Source: Candidatus Magasanikiibacteriota bacterium (GTDB lineage Bacteria; Patescibacteriota; Patescibacteriia; Magasanikbacterales; UBA922). Taken from it: 56,031 nt of DNA. Below, piece after piece: positions 19,796 to 29,289 of the stretch; the stretch's first letter is position 1; each line of letters begins with the position of its first letter. The stretch lies in NCBI GenBank assembly GCA_018650085.1, contig JABIGQ010000039.1, forward strand, positions 1 to 56,031, given 5' to 3'. Under the pieces are notes generated by a model. The model worked only from the letters and a program-made list of their open reading frames with translations, was not told the DNA's origin and searched no databases. The position numbers and the translations under genes are program-made.

Positions 19796-21169
19796 ATGCA
19801 AGATACAATGCAAAAGCTAGTAGCGCTTTGTAAACGACGTGGATTTGTATTTCCATCTAGTGAAATATATGGTGGATTTGCCAATTCATATACCTATGGA
19901 CCATATGGATCACAGTTGAAGAAAAATATAAAAGATTTGTGGTGGAAAACATTTGTTCAAAACAGAGCAGATATGGTAGGAATTGACGGGCCTATTATTC
20001 TTCATCCCAAGCTTTGGGAAGCCTCTGGACATGTGGGTGGATTTAATGATGCCATGGTAGATTGTAAGCAATGTAAAAAGCGTTTTCGTGCAGATCATGT
20101 GATAGAAGAGGCGACAGGAAAAGATCTAGAAGGAGAAATAGAAAAAATGCAAGAAACATTAGTAACAGAAAAAATCAAATGTAAAGCTTGTGGTTCTTCC
20201 AATTGGTCTGAAGTGCGTTTATTTAACCAAATGTTTAAAACAGAGATGAATACAACGGGAGATGGGGGAGAAGACGTTGCGTATTTACGACCAGAAACAG
20301 CAGGAGCAATTTTTATTGAATTTAAAAATGTAATAGACTCTTCACGAGTAAAAGTTCCTTTTGGAATCGCTCAAATTGGTAAAGCATTTAGAAATGAGAT
20401 TGTTGCTGGAAATTTTATATTTCGACTTCGAGAATTTGAACAAATGGAGATTGAATATTTCATTGATCCAGAATTGGAATGGGAAGAAACTTTTGACAAT
20501 TGGCTAGACATGCAAGAAGAATTTGCTATAGCATTGGGAGCGAAAAAGGAAGATTTACGACGATACGAGCATGCACCAGAAAAATTATCTCATTATTCTA
20601 AAAAGACCATAGATATAGAGTATAAATTTCCATTTGGGGGATTTAAAGAATTATTTGGTCTGGCACACAGAAGTGATTTTGATTTAGGAGTTCATGCTAA
20701 AGCAAGCGGACAAAAATTAGAATATTTTGATGCAAAAAATAATCGTCGGTTTGTCCCACATGTAATAGAACCTACATTTGGGCTAGATAGAAGTATACTT
20801 GTCTCACTTCTTGCAGCATATACAGAAGAAGAAATAGAAGGTGGCTCAAGAATTGTTATGAAATTCCCAAAAAACATGGCGCCTGTACAAATAGCCGTTT
20901 TTCCACTTTTGAAAAATAAACCAGACTTAGTTGGAAAAGCAAAAGAAGTGTTTGATATGCTAAAAAATACATTTACTTGTGAATTTGATGACAATGGAAA
21001 TGTAGGGAAACGCTACAGAAGACAAGATGAAATAGGAACACCGTATTGTATTACTATCGATTTTGATACACTGGAAGATGAAACAGTCACTGTAAGAGAT
21101 AGAGATACTATGGAACAAGTAAGAGTAAAAGTGGGGGAATTAAAAAGTTATTTACAAAAGGAATTTTAA
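19796..21169 (+). CDS. glyQS: glycine--tRNA ligase (homodimeric class II type)
   Basis: 457 aa. KRRGFVFPSSEIYGG, YLRPETAGAIF, FRNEI, FEQMEIEYF and the C-terminal anticodon-binding region GKRYRRQDEIGTPYCITID. Confidence 0.9.
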   Translation: MQDTMQKLVALCKRRGFVFPSSEIYGGFANSYTYGPYGSQLKKNIKDLWWKTFVQNRADMVGIDGPIILHPKLWEASGHVGGFNDAMVDCKQCKKRFRADHVIEEATGKDLEGEIEKMQETLVTEKIKCKACGSSNWSEVRLFNQMFKTEMNTTGDGGEDVAYLRPETAGAIFIEFKNVIDSSRVKVPFGIAQIGKAFRNEIVAGNFIFRLREFEQMEIEYFIDPELEWEETFDNWLDMQEEFAIALGAKKEDLRRYEHAPEKLSHYSKKTIDIEYKFPFGGFKELFGLAHRSDFDLGVHAKASGQKLEYFDAKNNRRFVPHVIEPTFGLDRSILVSLLAAYTEEEIEGGSRIVMKFPKNMAPVQIAVFPLLKNKPDLVGKAKEVFDMLKNTFTCEFDDNGNVGKRYRRQDEIGTPYCITIDFDTLEDETVTVRDRDTMEQVRVKVGELKSYLQKEF

Positions 21170-21175
21170 TATAAT

Positions 21176-22435
21176 ATGTACGAAAAATATAAACTAAAAA
21201 ATAATTTAACCGTTATTTTAGCACCACAACAAGATACAAAGGCCATGACTGCTATGGTTATGTTTCCTGTGGGATCACGTTATGAACCAGAATATTTGGC
21301 TGGGTCTTCTCACTATATTGAACACATGATGTTTAAGGGAACGAAAAAAAGAAAAAATACACTCGCATTAACTCGTGAAATAGATAGATTAGGAGCACGA
21401 TATAACGCATTTACTGGAAAAGAATATACAGGATATTATATAAAAGCATCTGCAAGCTATGCAAAGACAAGTTTAGATATTTTATCAGATATGATCTTTA
21501 ACTCTACATTTGATAAAAAAGAAATGGAACGAGAAAAAGGACCTATCATTGAAGAAATCCGCATGTACAATGATAACCCAATGATGAATATTGATAATAT
21601 CTTTGAAGATGTATTATATGCAGGATGCCCACTAGGAAGAGATATAGCAGGTACAGTGGAGCATGTGAAAGGGTATAAACGAGATGATGTGCTCGCATAT
21701 AAAGAAAAACATTATCAACCAAGTAATACTATACTTGTACTATCAGGAAAGATTGATGAAAAAACAAAAGTATTAGTTGAACAATATTTTGGACAAGAAA
21801 AAGATTCTAAAAAACCAGTAAAAACATTTAAACCAGCAGCCTTTGGGCCTGCAACAAAAAAAGATCGTTTTTTCGTAGAAAAAAAACAAACAGATCAAGC
21901 GCAACTTATGTTAGGATTTCCTGCATTTGAATATGGGGCAAAAGAAAACCCAGCAGTATCTCTTATGAATTCTATTTTTGGTGGTTCTATGAGTTCACGA
22001 TTATTTATCCAAATTCGTGAGAGGAGAGGACTGGCATATATGATTCGTAGTGGACGTGATACATTTCATGATTCTGGATATGTATATGTTCGTGCCGGAT
22101 TAGAAGCAAAAAATATTAAAAAAGCAATGGAAGTGATCCAAAGTGAAATAGATAAATTGATAGAAAAAGGAGTATCAAAAAGAGAATTACTTGATGCAAA
22201 AACTCATGTACGAGGTTCATTAACCCTGGCACAGGAAGATTCTAGTTTTTGGGCAAATTGGTATGCAAAAGAAGCTTTATTTGCAAAGAAAATTCAAACA
22301 CCAGAAGAATATATCCAAAAATTAGAAGCCGTCACACAAGAAGATATTGTAAAAGTTGCAAAACAAATATTTAAACCAAAACAGATGCGAGTAGCGATTA
22401 TTGGAGATGTAGACAAAAAAGATATTATCATTTAA
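21176..22435 (+). CDS. M16 family zinc peptidase (pitrilysin-like)
   Basis: 419 aa. Inverted zinc motif HxxEH (SHYIEHMMFKGT) and the downstream EREKGPIIEEI glutamate region. Confidence 0.8.
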   Translation: MYEKYKLKNNLTVILAPQQDTKAMTAMVMFPVGSRYEPEYLAGSSHYIEHMMFKGTKKRKNTLALTREIDRLGARYNAFTGKEYTGYYIKASASYAKTSLDILSDMIFNSTFDKKEMEREKGPIIEEIRMYNDNPMMNIDNIFEDVLYAGCPLGRDIAGTVEHVKGYKRDDVLAYKEKHYQPSNTILVLSGKIDEKTKVLVEQYFGQEKDSKKPVKTFKPAAFGPATKKDRFFVEKKQTDQAQLMLGFPAFEYGAKENPAVSLMNSIFGGSMSSRLFIQIRERRGLAYMIRSGRDTFHDSGYVYVRAGLEAKNIKKAMEVIQSEIDKLIEKGVSKRELLDAKTHVRGSLTLAQEDSSFWANWYAKEALFAKKIQTPEEYIQKLEAVTQEDIVKVAKQIFKPKQMRVAIIGDVDKKDIII

Positions 22436-22473
22436 GTACATGTTATTATTCATTAGATTTTTCACCTATTTCT

Positions 22474-23211
22474 ATGACACATATATTTGCAAATTGGAAA
22501 ATGTATCTTACTCATAAAGAAACTATTATTTTAGCAAAAGAGTTAAAAGAAAATCTGCCAGATTCTTCTACTTCTCTTGCGGTATTTCCTAGTATGTTAA
22601 GTGCAGTAGGTGTATTGGATGAATTAAAAGATACAGAAATATCTGTAGGGGCTCAAAATGTGGCATGGACACCGTCTGGAGCATATACAGGAGCTGTATC
22701 AGCAGTATTATGTAAAGAAGTAGGAACGAACTATGCACTTGTGGGGCATTCAGAAAGACGACATGTTTTTGGGGAAAGTAATGAAGTAGTGAGAAAAAAA
22801 TTAGAAGCATGTTTAGATGCAGGTATTATTCCTGTGCTTTGTATAGGAGAAACAAAAGAAGATTTAGATGCAGGGAAAAAAGAATATAGAATAAAAAAAC
22901 AGCTCATGAAAGCATTGGATGGCCTAAAGATACCAGAGAGTGGCTTTTTTATTGCATATGAGCCTGTGTGGGCTATTGGAACAGGGGAGCACTGTATGCC
23001 AGAAGATGTTCATGAAATACATACTTTCATAAAAGAGGAATTGAAACAATACACAGATAAACAGATACCATTACTGTATGGTGGTAGTGTTACAGATGAA
23101 AATGTGGTATCATATACTATGTTAGGATCTGTTGATGGAGTATTAGTTGGGGGGGCATCAACGACCTATGATTCATTTATATCTCTTATTCGTGCAGTAG
23201 ACGAGTCATAA
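22474..23211 (+). CDS. tpiA: triosephosphate isomerase
   Basis: 245 aa. ANWKM, VGHSERR, IAYEPVWAIGTG, LYGGSV. Confidence 0.9.
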   Translation: MTHIFANWKMYLTHKETIILAKELKENLPDSSTSLAVFPSMLSAVGVLDELKDTEISVGAQNVAWTPSGAYTGAVSAVLCKEVGTNYALVGHSERRHVFGESNEVVRKKLEACLDAGIIPVLCIGETKEDLDAGKKEYRIKKQLMKALDGLKIPESGFFIAYEPVWAIGTGEHCMPEDVHEIHTFIKEELKQYTDKQIPLLYGGSVTDENVVSYTMLGSVDGVLVGGASTTYDSFISLIRAVDES

Positions 23212-23216
23212 TATCT

Positions 23217-24146
23217 ATGTATACTATTCTTCCATTCATTATTATCGTTTTGGCGCTTGCAATTGTTTTAGTTATTATTATTAGAAAATTTCCACAATTA
23301 ACGTTACTCGATGTGGAGAATTTACCAGATGTAAAAGAAAAACAAAAAAAGCATGTTTATATAAAAAAACGTGCTGCAAAAAAAGCAGAAGAAATAAAAA
23401 AGAAACATGCTGTCGGTGCATCAGCAATGATGAATAAATTTAAAAAAGTACAAAAAAACTTCCGTGGATATGTCTGGAAAGTAGAAGAAAAAATTCATGA
23501 ACAAAAACAAGAAAAATTTGTAGAAGAAAAACGAGAAAAAATACAAGCACCTATTTTGGATAAAGAAGAAAAAAAAGGACAAGAAGACACTATTACAAAA
23601 CTTCTTCGAGATGCAGATCATGCAATGACACAAGAAAAATGGAATGTTGCAGAAGAAGCATATATTTCTGCTATTCGAGTAGATAATAAAAATGTACGTG
23701 CATACAAAGGACTTGCAGAAGTGTATATTGCCCAAGGACAACTCCAAGAAGCAAAAGAAACAGCATCCTTTTTATTGCAGCTCGATGGTGATGATGATAG
23801 TGTACATATACTTATTGCAGATATATTAGTAGAGCAAGGAGATAGGGTAGGGGCTATTGAGCATTATCAAAAAGCAGTACTTATTGCCCCAAATAAGGCA
23901 CAATGGTTTGTGCGTCTTTCAGAGTTACTCGCAGAGGAGAAACAGTATGATGCAGCATTGGAATCTATGGAGCAAGCAGTAGACTTAGAACCAGAGAATC
24001 CACGTTTCCTTGACAATTCTGTAGAACTTGCTATAATAGTACCTATAAAAAAGAAGGCTGTGGATTACTTTGAACGATTGAGAAAAGCAAATCCAGAAAA
24101 TAAAAAGTTAGATACATTACAACAAAAGATAGATGAAATTTCATAG
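23217..24146 (+). CDS. membrane-anchored TPR-repeat protein
   Basis: 309 aa. N-terminal TM helix, a Lys/Glu-rich linker, then TPR-like repeats (AEEAYISAIRVDNKNVRAYKGLAEVY, AIEHYQKAVLIAPN, ALESMEQAVDLEPENP). Confidence 0.6.
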   Translation: MYTILPFIIIVLALAIVLVIIIRKFPQLTLLDVENLPDVKEKQKKHVYIKKRAAKKAEEIKKKHAVGASAMMNKFKKVQKNFRGYVWKVEEKIHEQKQEKFVEEKREKIQAPILDKEEKKGQEDTITKLLRDADHAMTQEKWNVAEEAYISAIRVDNKNVRAYKGLAEVYIAQGQLQEAKETASFLLQLDGDDDSVHILIADILVEQGDRVGAIEHYQKAVLIAPNKAQWFVRLSELLAEEKQYDAALESMEQAVDLEPENPRFLDNSVELAIIVPIKKKAVDYFERLRKANPENKKLDTLQQKIDEIS

Positions 24147-24173
24147 CTTACATGACGTAATGCAGTGAAATAT

Positions 24174-24249
24174 GCCAACTTAGCTCAGCTGGTAGAGCTA
24201 CGGTTTTGTAAACCGTCGGTCCGGGGTTCGAGTCCCCGAGTTGGCTCCA
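24174..24249 (+). tRNA. tRNA-Thr (anticodon UGU), CCA encoded
   Basis: GCCAACT/AGTTGGC acceptor, AGCTCAGCTGGTAGAGC D-arm, ACGGT-TTTGTAA-ACCGT anticodon arm, GGTTCGAGTCC T-arm, then TCCA. Confidence 0.9.
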
Positions 24250-24291
24250 AAGAAATAATAGTTGACCTCTGTGTCAACTGTTCATCTTTAT

Positions 24292-24373
24292 GGGCAGGTT
24301 CCCGAGCGGTCAAAGGGGACAGACTGTAAATCTGTTGGCTCCGCCTTCGAAGGTTCGAATCCTTCTCTGCCCA
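24292..24373 (+). tRNA. tRNA-Tyr (anticodon GUA), long variable arm, CCA not encoded
   Basis: GGGCAGG...TCTGCCC acceptor, CCCGAGCGGTCAAAGGGG D-arm, ACAGA-CTGTAAA-TCTGT anticodon arm, 13-nt variable arm, GAAGGTTCGAATCCTTC T-arm. It is nearly colinear with E. coli tRNA-Tyr as I remember it. Confidence 0.85.
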
Positions 24374-24407
24374 CACATATACATCATCAACAATTAGACG
24401 AATTAAG

Positions 24408-24467
24408 ATCCAGAACAAGGGTGAATTATTTTTAAAATAAAACATTTTCTTCGTTCTGGATTTTTTA
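24408..24467 (+). terminator. putative terminator after the tRNA pair
   Basis: ATCCAGAAC (24408..24416) pairs with GTTCTGGAT (24453..24461) and is followed by TTTTT. The loop is long (about 36 nt), so confidence is moderate. Confidence 0.4.
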
Positions 24468-24485
24468 ATCCTAATCCTTTGTCCT

Positions 24486-26315
24486 ATGGATCAAGTACAC
24501 AAAGATACATTTTTTAAAAGAGCTTGTGCATCTCTGGAAAAAAATATACAAGATATAAAAGACGTAAGCAAAAAAATAATTCAAAGAAATAATATAATAC
24601 GAAAAGAGCTACACCAAATAAATGAAGATGACAAACTTGTACAACAGCGTATATTAGAATATGGAGTAGAGCGGGTAGATGAATTAGAAGTACTGGAATT
24701 CTCACCATATTTTGTTCGTTGTGTTGTTGATTTTAAAGATGATGAAAAAGAAATTATATACTTTGGAAAGTTTTCCTTTATTGAAAATAATATTTATTCA
24801 TGGATAACTCCTGCATCTTCTATCCGATTTGAAAAACCAGGTGAGATTTCATATATTCGACCAGATGGAAGAGAAAGAACAGGTATACTAGTAGAAAAAG
24901 ATCAATACATGATTGTTGATGGGAAAATAGTGTATCTTTCTACTGAATCATTGGGTAATCCACGAGAATTAATTTATCAGGAATATTTTTCTAAACAAAA
25001 AAAAGGATTTATTCTTCCAGAAATTATTGCACAGATGGAGAAAGCGCAAGATACTGTTATCCGTGCGCATCATAAAGACGCTATGCTTATCTCTGGACCT
25101 GCTGGATCTGGGAAAACGACTCTTGCTTTACATCGTGTAGCATATTTAGCGCAGTCTCCTGATGTTTCAGATGAGTTCAAGCCTACATCTATTATTATAT
25201 TTGTAGAAGATACGGGAACCATGGATTATTTTTCTCATTTATTACCTGAACTTGGGATAAAAGGAGTACATATTACCACATTTGCACTGTGGGCTATGAA
25301 AGCTTTGGATCTTGCCGATATAACATATGTATATAGATTTGGTGAAAATGAGCAAGAAAAAGATCTTTATGAATTCAAGAAGAAAAAAGCATTGGAAACA
25401 GTATTGCAATATACATATAGTGTGAATATATTTCGTGTATTAAAAGAGGTGTATGCATCTTATTTTTCACAAGAAGAAAAGAGACTTTTTGAAAAACAAA
25501 AAAAGCAAAAAGTATTAGATAGATTTGATCTTACCGTGTTGTTAATGTTATTTAAAAAGAAGTATGGGAAGTTATCCTTTATGCAAGGATATTATCAAAT
25601 GAATAAAAGCAGGGCTGCGAAAAAGAAGACAGGACGTTTCCCTATAGAGTATTCTCTTATGATATTTGATGAATTTCAAAATTATATCCCAGAACAAATT
25701 TTATTGGCTAAAAGTACTGTGAATAAAAAGCATAATGCAATCATGTATGTAGGGGATTTGGCACAACAAACAAAATTGGGGACTCTTCAATCGTGGACAG
25801 AAGTGGATGAAATATTAAAAGAGGATAGATGCGTGATATTACAAAAAGTATATAGAAATACAAAAAATATTTTAGAATATATACAAGCAGTAGGGTATGA
25901 AATTGATATATCAGAAAAGTTAAGAGAAGGGGAGGCAGTTATAGAAAAAATGACAAATACAAAACAAGAAGAGATCACATACATTACTTCACTACATGAA
26001 AATTTTCCAGAAAAAAGTATTGGTGTAATTACAAAAGATAAAGAGTATTTAGATGTGTTTAAGGAGTGGCAATCTATTGATAAAGTTCATCTTATGAGTA
26101 TACATGAAGCGCAGGGGGTTGAATTTGATATTGTGTGTATAGTGGGCGTGCAGGCGGATACATTTTCTGTACATTATGATAATGTGGACGATACATTGAT
26201 TAAGGCAAAAAATCATGTAAATAGAGACTTGCTCTATGTAGCATTAACACGTGCAATTGATTCATTGCATGTGTTGGGAAGAGTTTCTTTGAAGGGGATG
26301 ATGGAGAGGGAGTAA
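24486..26315 (+). CDS. UvrD/Rep-family SF1 helicase (HelD-like)
   Basis: 609 aa. Walker A ISGPAGSGKTTLALHR, MIFDEFQN (motif II), YVGDLAQ, SIHEAQGVEFD, LYVALTRA. The N-terminal ~190 aa extension is as in HelD-type proteins. Confidence 0.7.
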   Translation: MDQVHKDTFFKRACASLEKNIQDIKDVSKKIIQRNNIIRKELHQINEDDKLVQQRILEYGVERVDELEVLEFSPYFVRCVVDFKDDEKEIIYFGKFSFIENNIYSWITPASSIRFEKPGEISYIRPDGRERTGILVEKDQYMIVDGKIVYLSTESLGNPRELIYQEYFSKQKKGFILPEIIAQMEKAQDTVIRAHHKDAMLISGPAGSGKTTLALHRVAYLAQSPDVSDEFKPTSIIIFVEDTGTMDYFSHLLPELGIKGVHITTFALWAMKALDLADITYVYRFGENEQEKDLYEFKKKKALETVLQYTYSVNIFRVLKEVYASYFSQEEKRLFEKQKKQKVLDRFDLTVLLMLFKKKYGKLSFMQGYYQMNKSRAAKKKTGRFPIEYSLMIFDEFQNYIPEQILLAKSTVNKKHNAIMYVGDLAQQTKLGTLQSWTEVDEILKEDRCVILQKVYRNTKNILEYIQAVGYEIDISEKLREGEAVIEKMTNTKQEEITYITSLHENFPEKSIGVITKDKEYLDVFKEWQSIDKVHLMSIHEAQGVEFDIVCIVGVQADTFSVHYDNVDDTLIKAKNHVNRDLLYVALTRAIDSLHVLGRVSLKGMMERE

Positions 26316-26365
26316 TTAGCTAAAGTATGGACAAAACTGCAAATCTGCGGTAGGGTATATTTAAT

Positions 26366-27367
26366 ATGCAGTTACTTTATAAAAAAGAAATAGAAAAAGA
26401 ACTACAGAGTTTTTTTGAAAAGAAGAAGAATGATAAAGATATTCTTTCTCTAGAAATAACTGAAGCTGTGGAACTGTTGGAGGATTTTTCTATACGTGGA
26501 GGGAAAAGAATAAGAGCTATGTTAATGATCATTGCTTATTTAGGGTATGGTGGAAAAAATAAAACTGAAATAATAAAAGCATCAATTTCTATTGAACTTT
26601 TACAATCATTTTTATTGATACACGATGATATTATAGATAATGATGATATGAGAAGAGGGGGGCCTACGGTTCATGCGTATTATAAGAAAAAACATCCAAA
26701 AAAGTATTCAGAAAGCCTTGCATTGGTTATTGGAGATTTTGCTTTTACTTATTCTCTTGAACCTCTATTACATTCAGATTTCCCAAATAAAATACAATTG
26801 CGAGCAATAAAAGAATTTACATCGGTTACAAAAGTAACCTGTTATGGACAAATTCTTGATTTGTTTTCTTCTATTCATGAAATTGATGAAGATTTTACTA
26901 CGCAAATACATATCAATAAAACAGCAGTTTATACAATCCTAGGCCCTTTACGTCTAGGGGCTATTTTTGCGGGTGTTTCTGAAGAAAAGATGAAACCTCT
27001 CAATGCTTTTGCTTTAAATTTAGGAAGAGCTTTTCAAATAAAAGATGATATCTTAGGTATATTTGGAGATGAAAAAAAACTTGGGAAATCTATGGCTTCA
27101 GATTTGATAGAAGGGAAAAAGACCTTGTTAGTTTTAAAAGCAAATAGTTCTTATATAAATAAAAAAATAGGTAATAATCTTACAAAAAAGGAAATAGAAA
27201 AAATTAAGGAAATAATGATAAAAAGTGGTTCTTTAGAATATTCGGAGAATCTATTGAATGATTTATTGGACAAGGCAAAAATAAATTTGAAAAACTTAGA
27301 TATACGTGAAGAGGAGAAAGAATTTTTATATAATTTACTTGAGTATATTGGGGATAGGAAAGTTTAA
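26366..27367 (+). CDS. polyprenyl diphosphate synthase (trans-IPPS, GGPP/FPP synthase-like)
   Basis: 333 aa. First Asp-rich motif LIHDDIIDNDDMRRG and second FQIKDDILG, plus KTLLVL. Confidence 0.8.
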   Translation: MQLLYKKEIEKELQSFFEKKKNDKDILSLEITEAVELLEDFSIRGGKRIRAMLMIIAYLGYGGKNKTEIIKASISIELLQSFLLIHDDIIDNDDMRRGGPTVHAYYKKKHPKKYSESLALVIGDFAFTYSLEPLLHSDFPNKIQLRAIKEFTSVTKVTCYGQILDLFSSIHEIDEDFTTQIHINKTAVYTILGPLRLGAIFAGVSEEKMKPLNAFALNLGRAFQIKDDILGIFGDEKKLGKSMASDLIEGKKTLLVLKANSSYINKKIGNNLTKKEIEKIKEIMIKSGSLEYSENLLNDLLDKAKINLKNLDIREEEKEFLYNLLEYIGDRKV

Positions 27368-27368
27368 T
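27327..27368. repeat. 42-bp direct repeat, copy A (3' end of the polyprenyl synthase CDS including its stop)
   Basis: tatataatttacttGagtatattggGGataggaaagtttaat matches 28079..28120 at 39/42 positions. Confidence 0.85.
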
Positions 27369-27392
27369 CCTTGTAGCTATTTTATTGTTAAA

Positions 27393-28022
27393 TTAATATA
27401 ATCCATAATTATACTCCTTTTCCCAAATAATATTATTCTCTGTAAAATATTTTTTAAGTATTTTTTTTTGTTGAGTGTGCCAAGGCATAAGAGCTGGAAA
27501 TTTTTGTATAGCTTTATCTGCATAAGTTGGTAATACTTTTGGATCTTTCAATTTTTCTAGGCCACAGGTAAATATATTGGAAATAGTTTCTAATCTATCT
27601 AATGCTTTTATATAATTTGATTCTACAGTTTCTTGAAGTTCAAATTCATCAAAAAGGTTTATTATTTTTTTCTTTATTTGTTCAGGGAGTTTGGCCGTTA
27701 ATTGTATAATAGCTTCTTTTTCATTTTCTTTTTTAGTTTTTACTGTTATTGTATTATTGTGCACAAGGTAATAATCGATATCCCCTGTAATTACTTCTAC
27801 TAAATCATGTATAAGAGCAAGCTCAAGGGCACGCTCTTTATTTATTTGTATTGGTAATGTATCAGTAATAGTTATAACTATCATAGCGAGATTCCAACTA
27901 TGTGCTGCCGATGATTCATTGGATAATTCTGGTGATTCGCTAAAACGGTAGGTGAATTTAAGATTATTTATACAAGCATGAAAATCAATAAGGGATTGTA
28001 ATTCTGGTAACATAAGAAACAA
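27393..28022 (-). CDS. HD-domain phosphohydrolase (YfbR-like 5'-deoxynucleotidase family)
   Basis: 209 aa. SAAHSWNLAMI ... LIHDLVEVITGDI gives the H...HD...D metal-binding pattern of YfbR-type HD proteins. Confidence 0.7.
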   Translation of the reverse strand: MFLMLPELQSLIDFHACINNLKFTYRFSESPELSNESSAAHSWNLAMIVITITDTLPIQINKERALELALIHDLVEVITGDIDYYLVHNNTITVKTKKENEKEAIIQLTAKLPEQIKKKIINLFDEFELQETVESNYIKALDRLETISNIFTCGLEKLKDPKVLPTYADKAIQKFPALMPWHTQQKKILKKYFTENNIIWEKEYNYGLY

Positions 28023-28078
28023 ATTAATAATTATCTATAAATTGAGTCTATCATAGAAATTATAAAAAAAGAAATATG

Positions 28079-28120
28079 TATATAATTTACTTAAGTATAT
28101 TGGAAATAGGAAAGTTTAAT
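28079..28120. repeat. 42-bp direct repeat, copy B (intergenic relic of the polyprenyl synthase 3' end)
   Basis: tatataatttacttAagtatattggAAataggaaagtttaat. In the same frame it would read YNLLKYIGNRKV* versus YNLLEYIGDRKV* in copy A. Confidence 0.85.
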
Positions 28121-28218
28121 TAAACATCCTGTCTTATACCATAAACTAGGCATAATATATGTCTTTTTTTTATAATATGTTATACTACCTGTAGTTAATA
28201 ATCAGGTAATAGCATACT

Positions 28219-29289
28219 ATGGAAGAAATCATTTCGGTACTCAGTTCATATACATACCTAAATAACACTTTATGGCAGTATACCCTTGCTATAGGATATT
28301 TTTTTGGGGTATTGATTGCTCTAAAAATATTTAAAAGTTTCATCCTTGTAAAATTAAATAAAATAGCAGAAAAAACAGAAAATACTATAGATGACGCTGT
28401 AATAAATACACTCCAAAAAATAAGAGCGCCATTTTATTTTTTCATTTCATTTTTCATTGCCATTAGACATGTAAATATAAATGAAGTTGCCCTAAAAGCT
28501 ATTAGTGTATTTCTTATATTTGGGATTGCATATGAAATGATAAAAAGTCTAGGAGATCTTATAGACTATATTATTGATTTATATATAGAAAAAACAGTAA
28601 AGAAAGAAAAAGAAAAAAAACAAATGCGCTCCATGATGCGAATACTTCGTATATTTATTATGATTGTCCTCTGGTCAATTACATTATTATTTATTCTTTC
28701 CAACCTGGGGATCAATGTTACATCTGTGGTTGCCAGCTTAGGAATAGGTGGGTTAGCCATAGCTCTGGCAGTACAAAGTGTGTTAAGTGATATATTTAGT
28801 GCATTTAGCATTTACCTAGATAAACCATTTGAAGTAGGGGATTTTATTATCATAGGGTCAGATTCTGGTAGTGTAGAACATATAGGATTAAAAACAACGC
28901 GACTTAGGACTATACGTGGGGAAGTATTAATTATTTCAAACAAAGAACTTACTTCTACCCGGGTAAAAAATTTACGCCAATTAAAAAAGCGTAGGGATAG
29001 TTTTATGGTAAATGTGCAATATGAGACTCCTATTGTAAAACGAGAAAAAATTCCTCAAATTATAGAAAAAATCATAGAAAACATAGAAGGAGCTGAGTAT
29101 TTACGATGTAATTTATTTGAATTTGGAGAATCTAGTATTAATTATGAGCTTGCATATACCATAGATTCTGCTGATTACAATGTGTTTATGGCTGTACGGG
29201 AACAGATTAATTTAGCTATTATGAAAGCATTTGAAAAAGAAGATATTCAATTTGCTTATCCAACACAAGTAGTCTATGTTAAAAAATAA
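28219..29289 (+). CDS. MscS-family mechanosensitive channel
   Basis: 356 aa. N-terminal TM helices, then the pore/beta-domain signature ...ALAVQSVLSDIFSAFSIYLDKPFEVGDFIIIGSDSGSVEHIGLKTTRLRT. Confidence 0.8.
   Translation: MEEIISVLSSYTYLNNTLWQYTLAIGYFFGVLIALKIFKSFILVKLNKIAEKTENTIDDAVINTLQKIRAPFYFFISFFIAIRHVNINEVALKAISVFLIFGIAYEMIKSLGDLIDYIIDLYIEKTVKKEKEKKQMRSMMRILRIFIMIVLWSITLLFILSNLGINVTSVVASLGIGGLAIALAVQSVLSDIFSAFSIYLDKPFEVGDFIIIGSDSGSVEHIGLKTTRLRTIRGEVLIISNKELTSTRVKNLRQLKKRRDSFMVNVQYETPIVKREKIPQIIEKIIENIEGAEYLRCNLFEFGESSINYELAYTIDSADYNVFMAVREQINLAIMKAFEKEDIQFAYPTQVVYVKK

Noticed and set aside
24261-24278. GTTGAC-ctctgt-GTCAAC hairpin between the two tRNA genes.
   Set aside because: It is a 6-bp stem in a 42-nt spacer, most simply a processing or spacer structure. 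Nothing else supports a distinct feature.
24185-24445. 86-aa minus-strand ORF.
   Set aside because: It lies entirely antisense to tRNA-Thr and tRNA-Tyr, so it is a shadow ORF.
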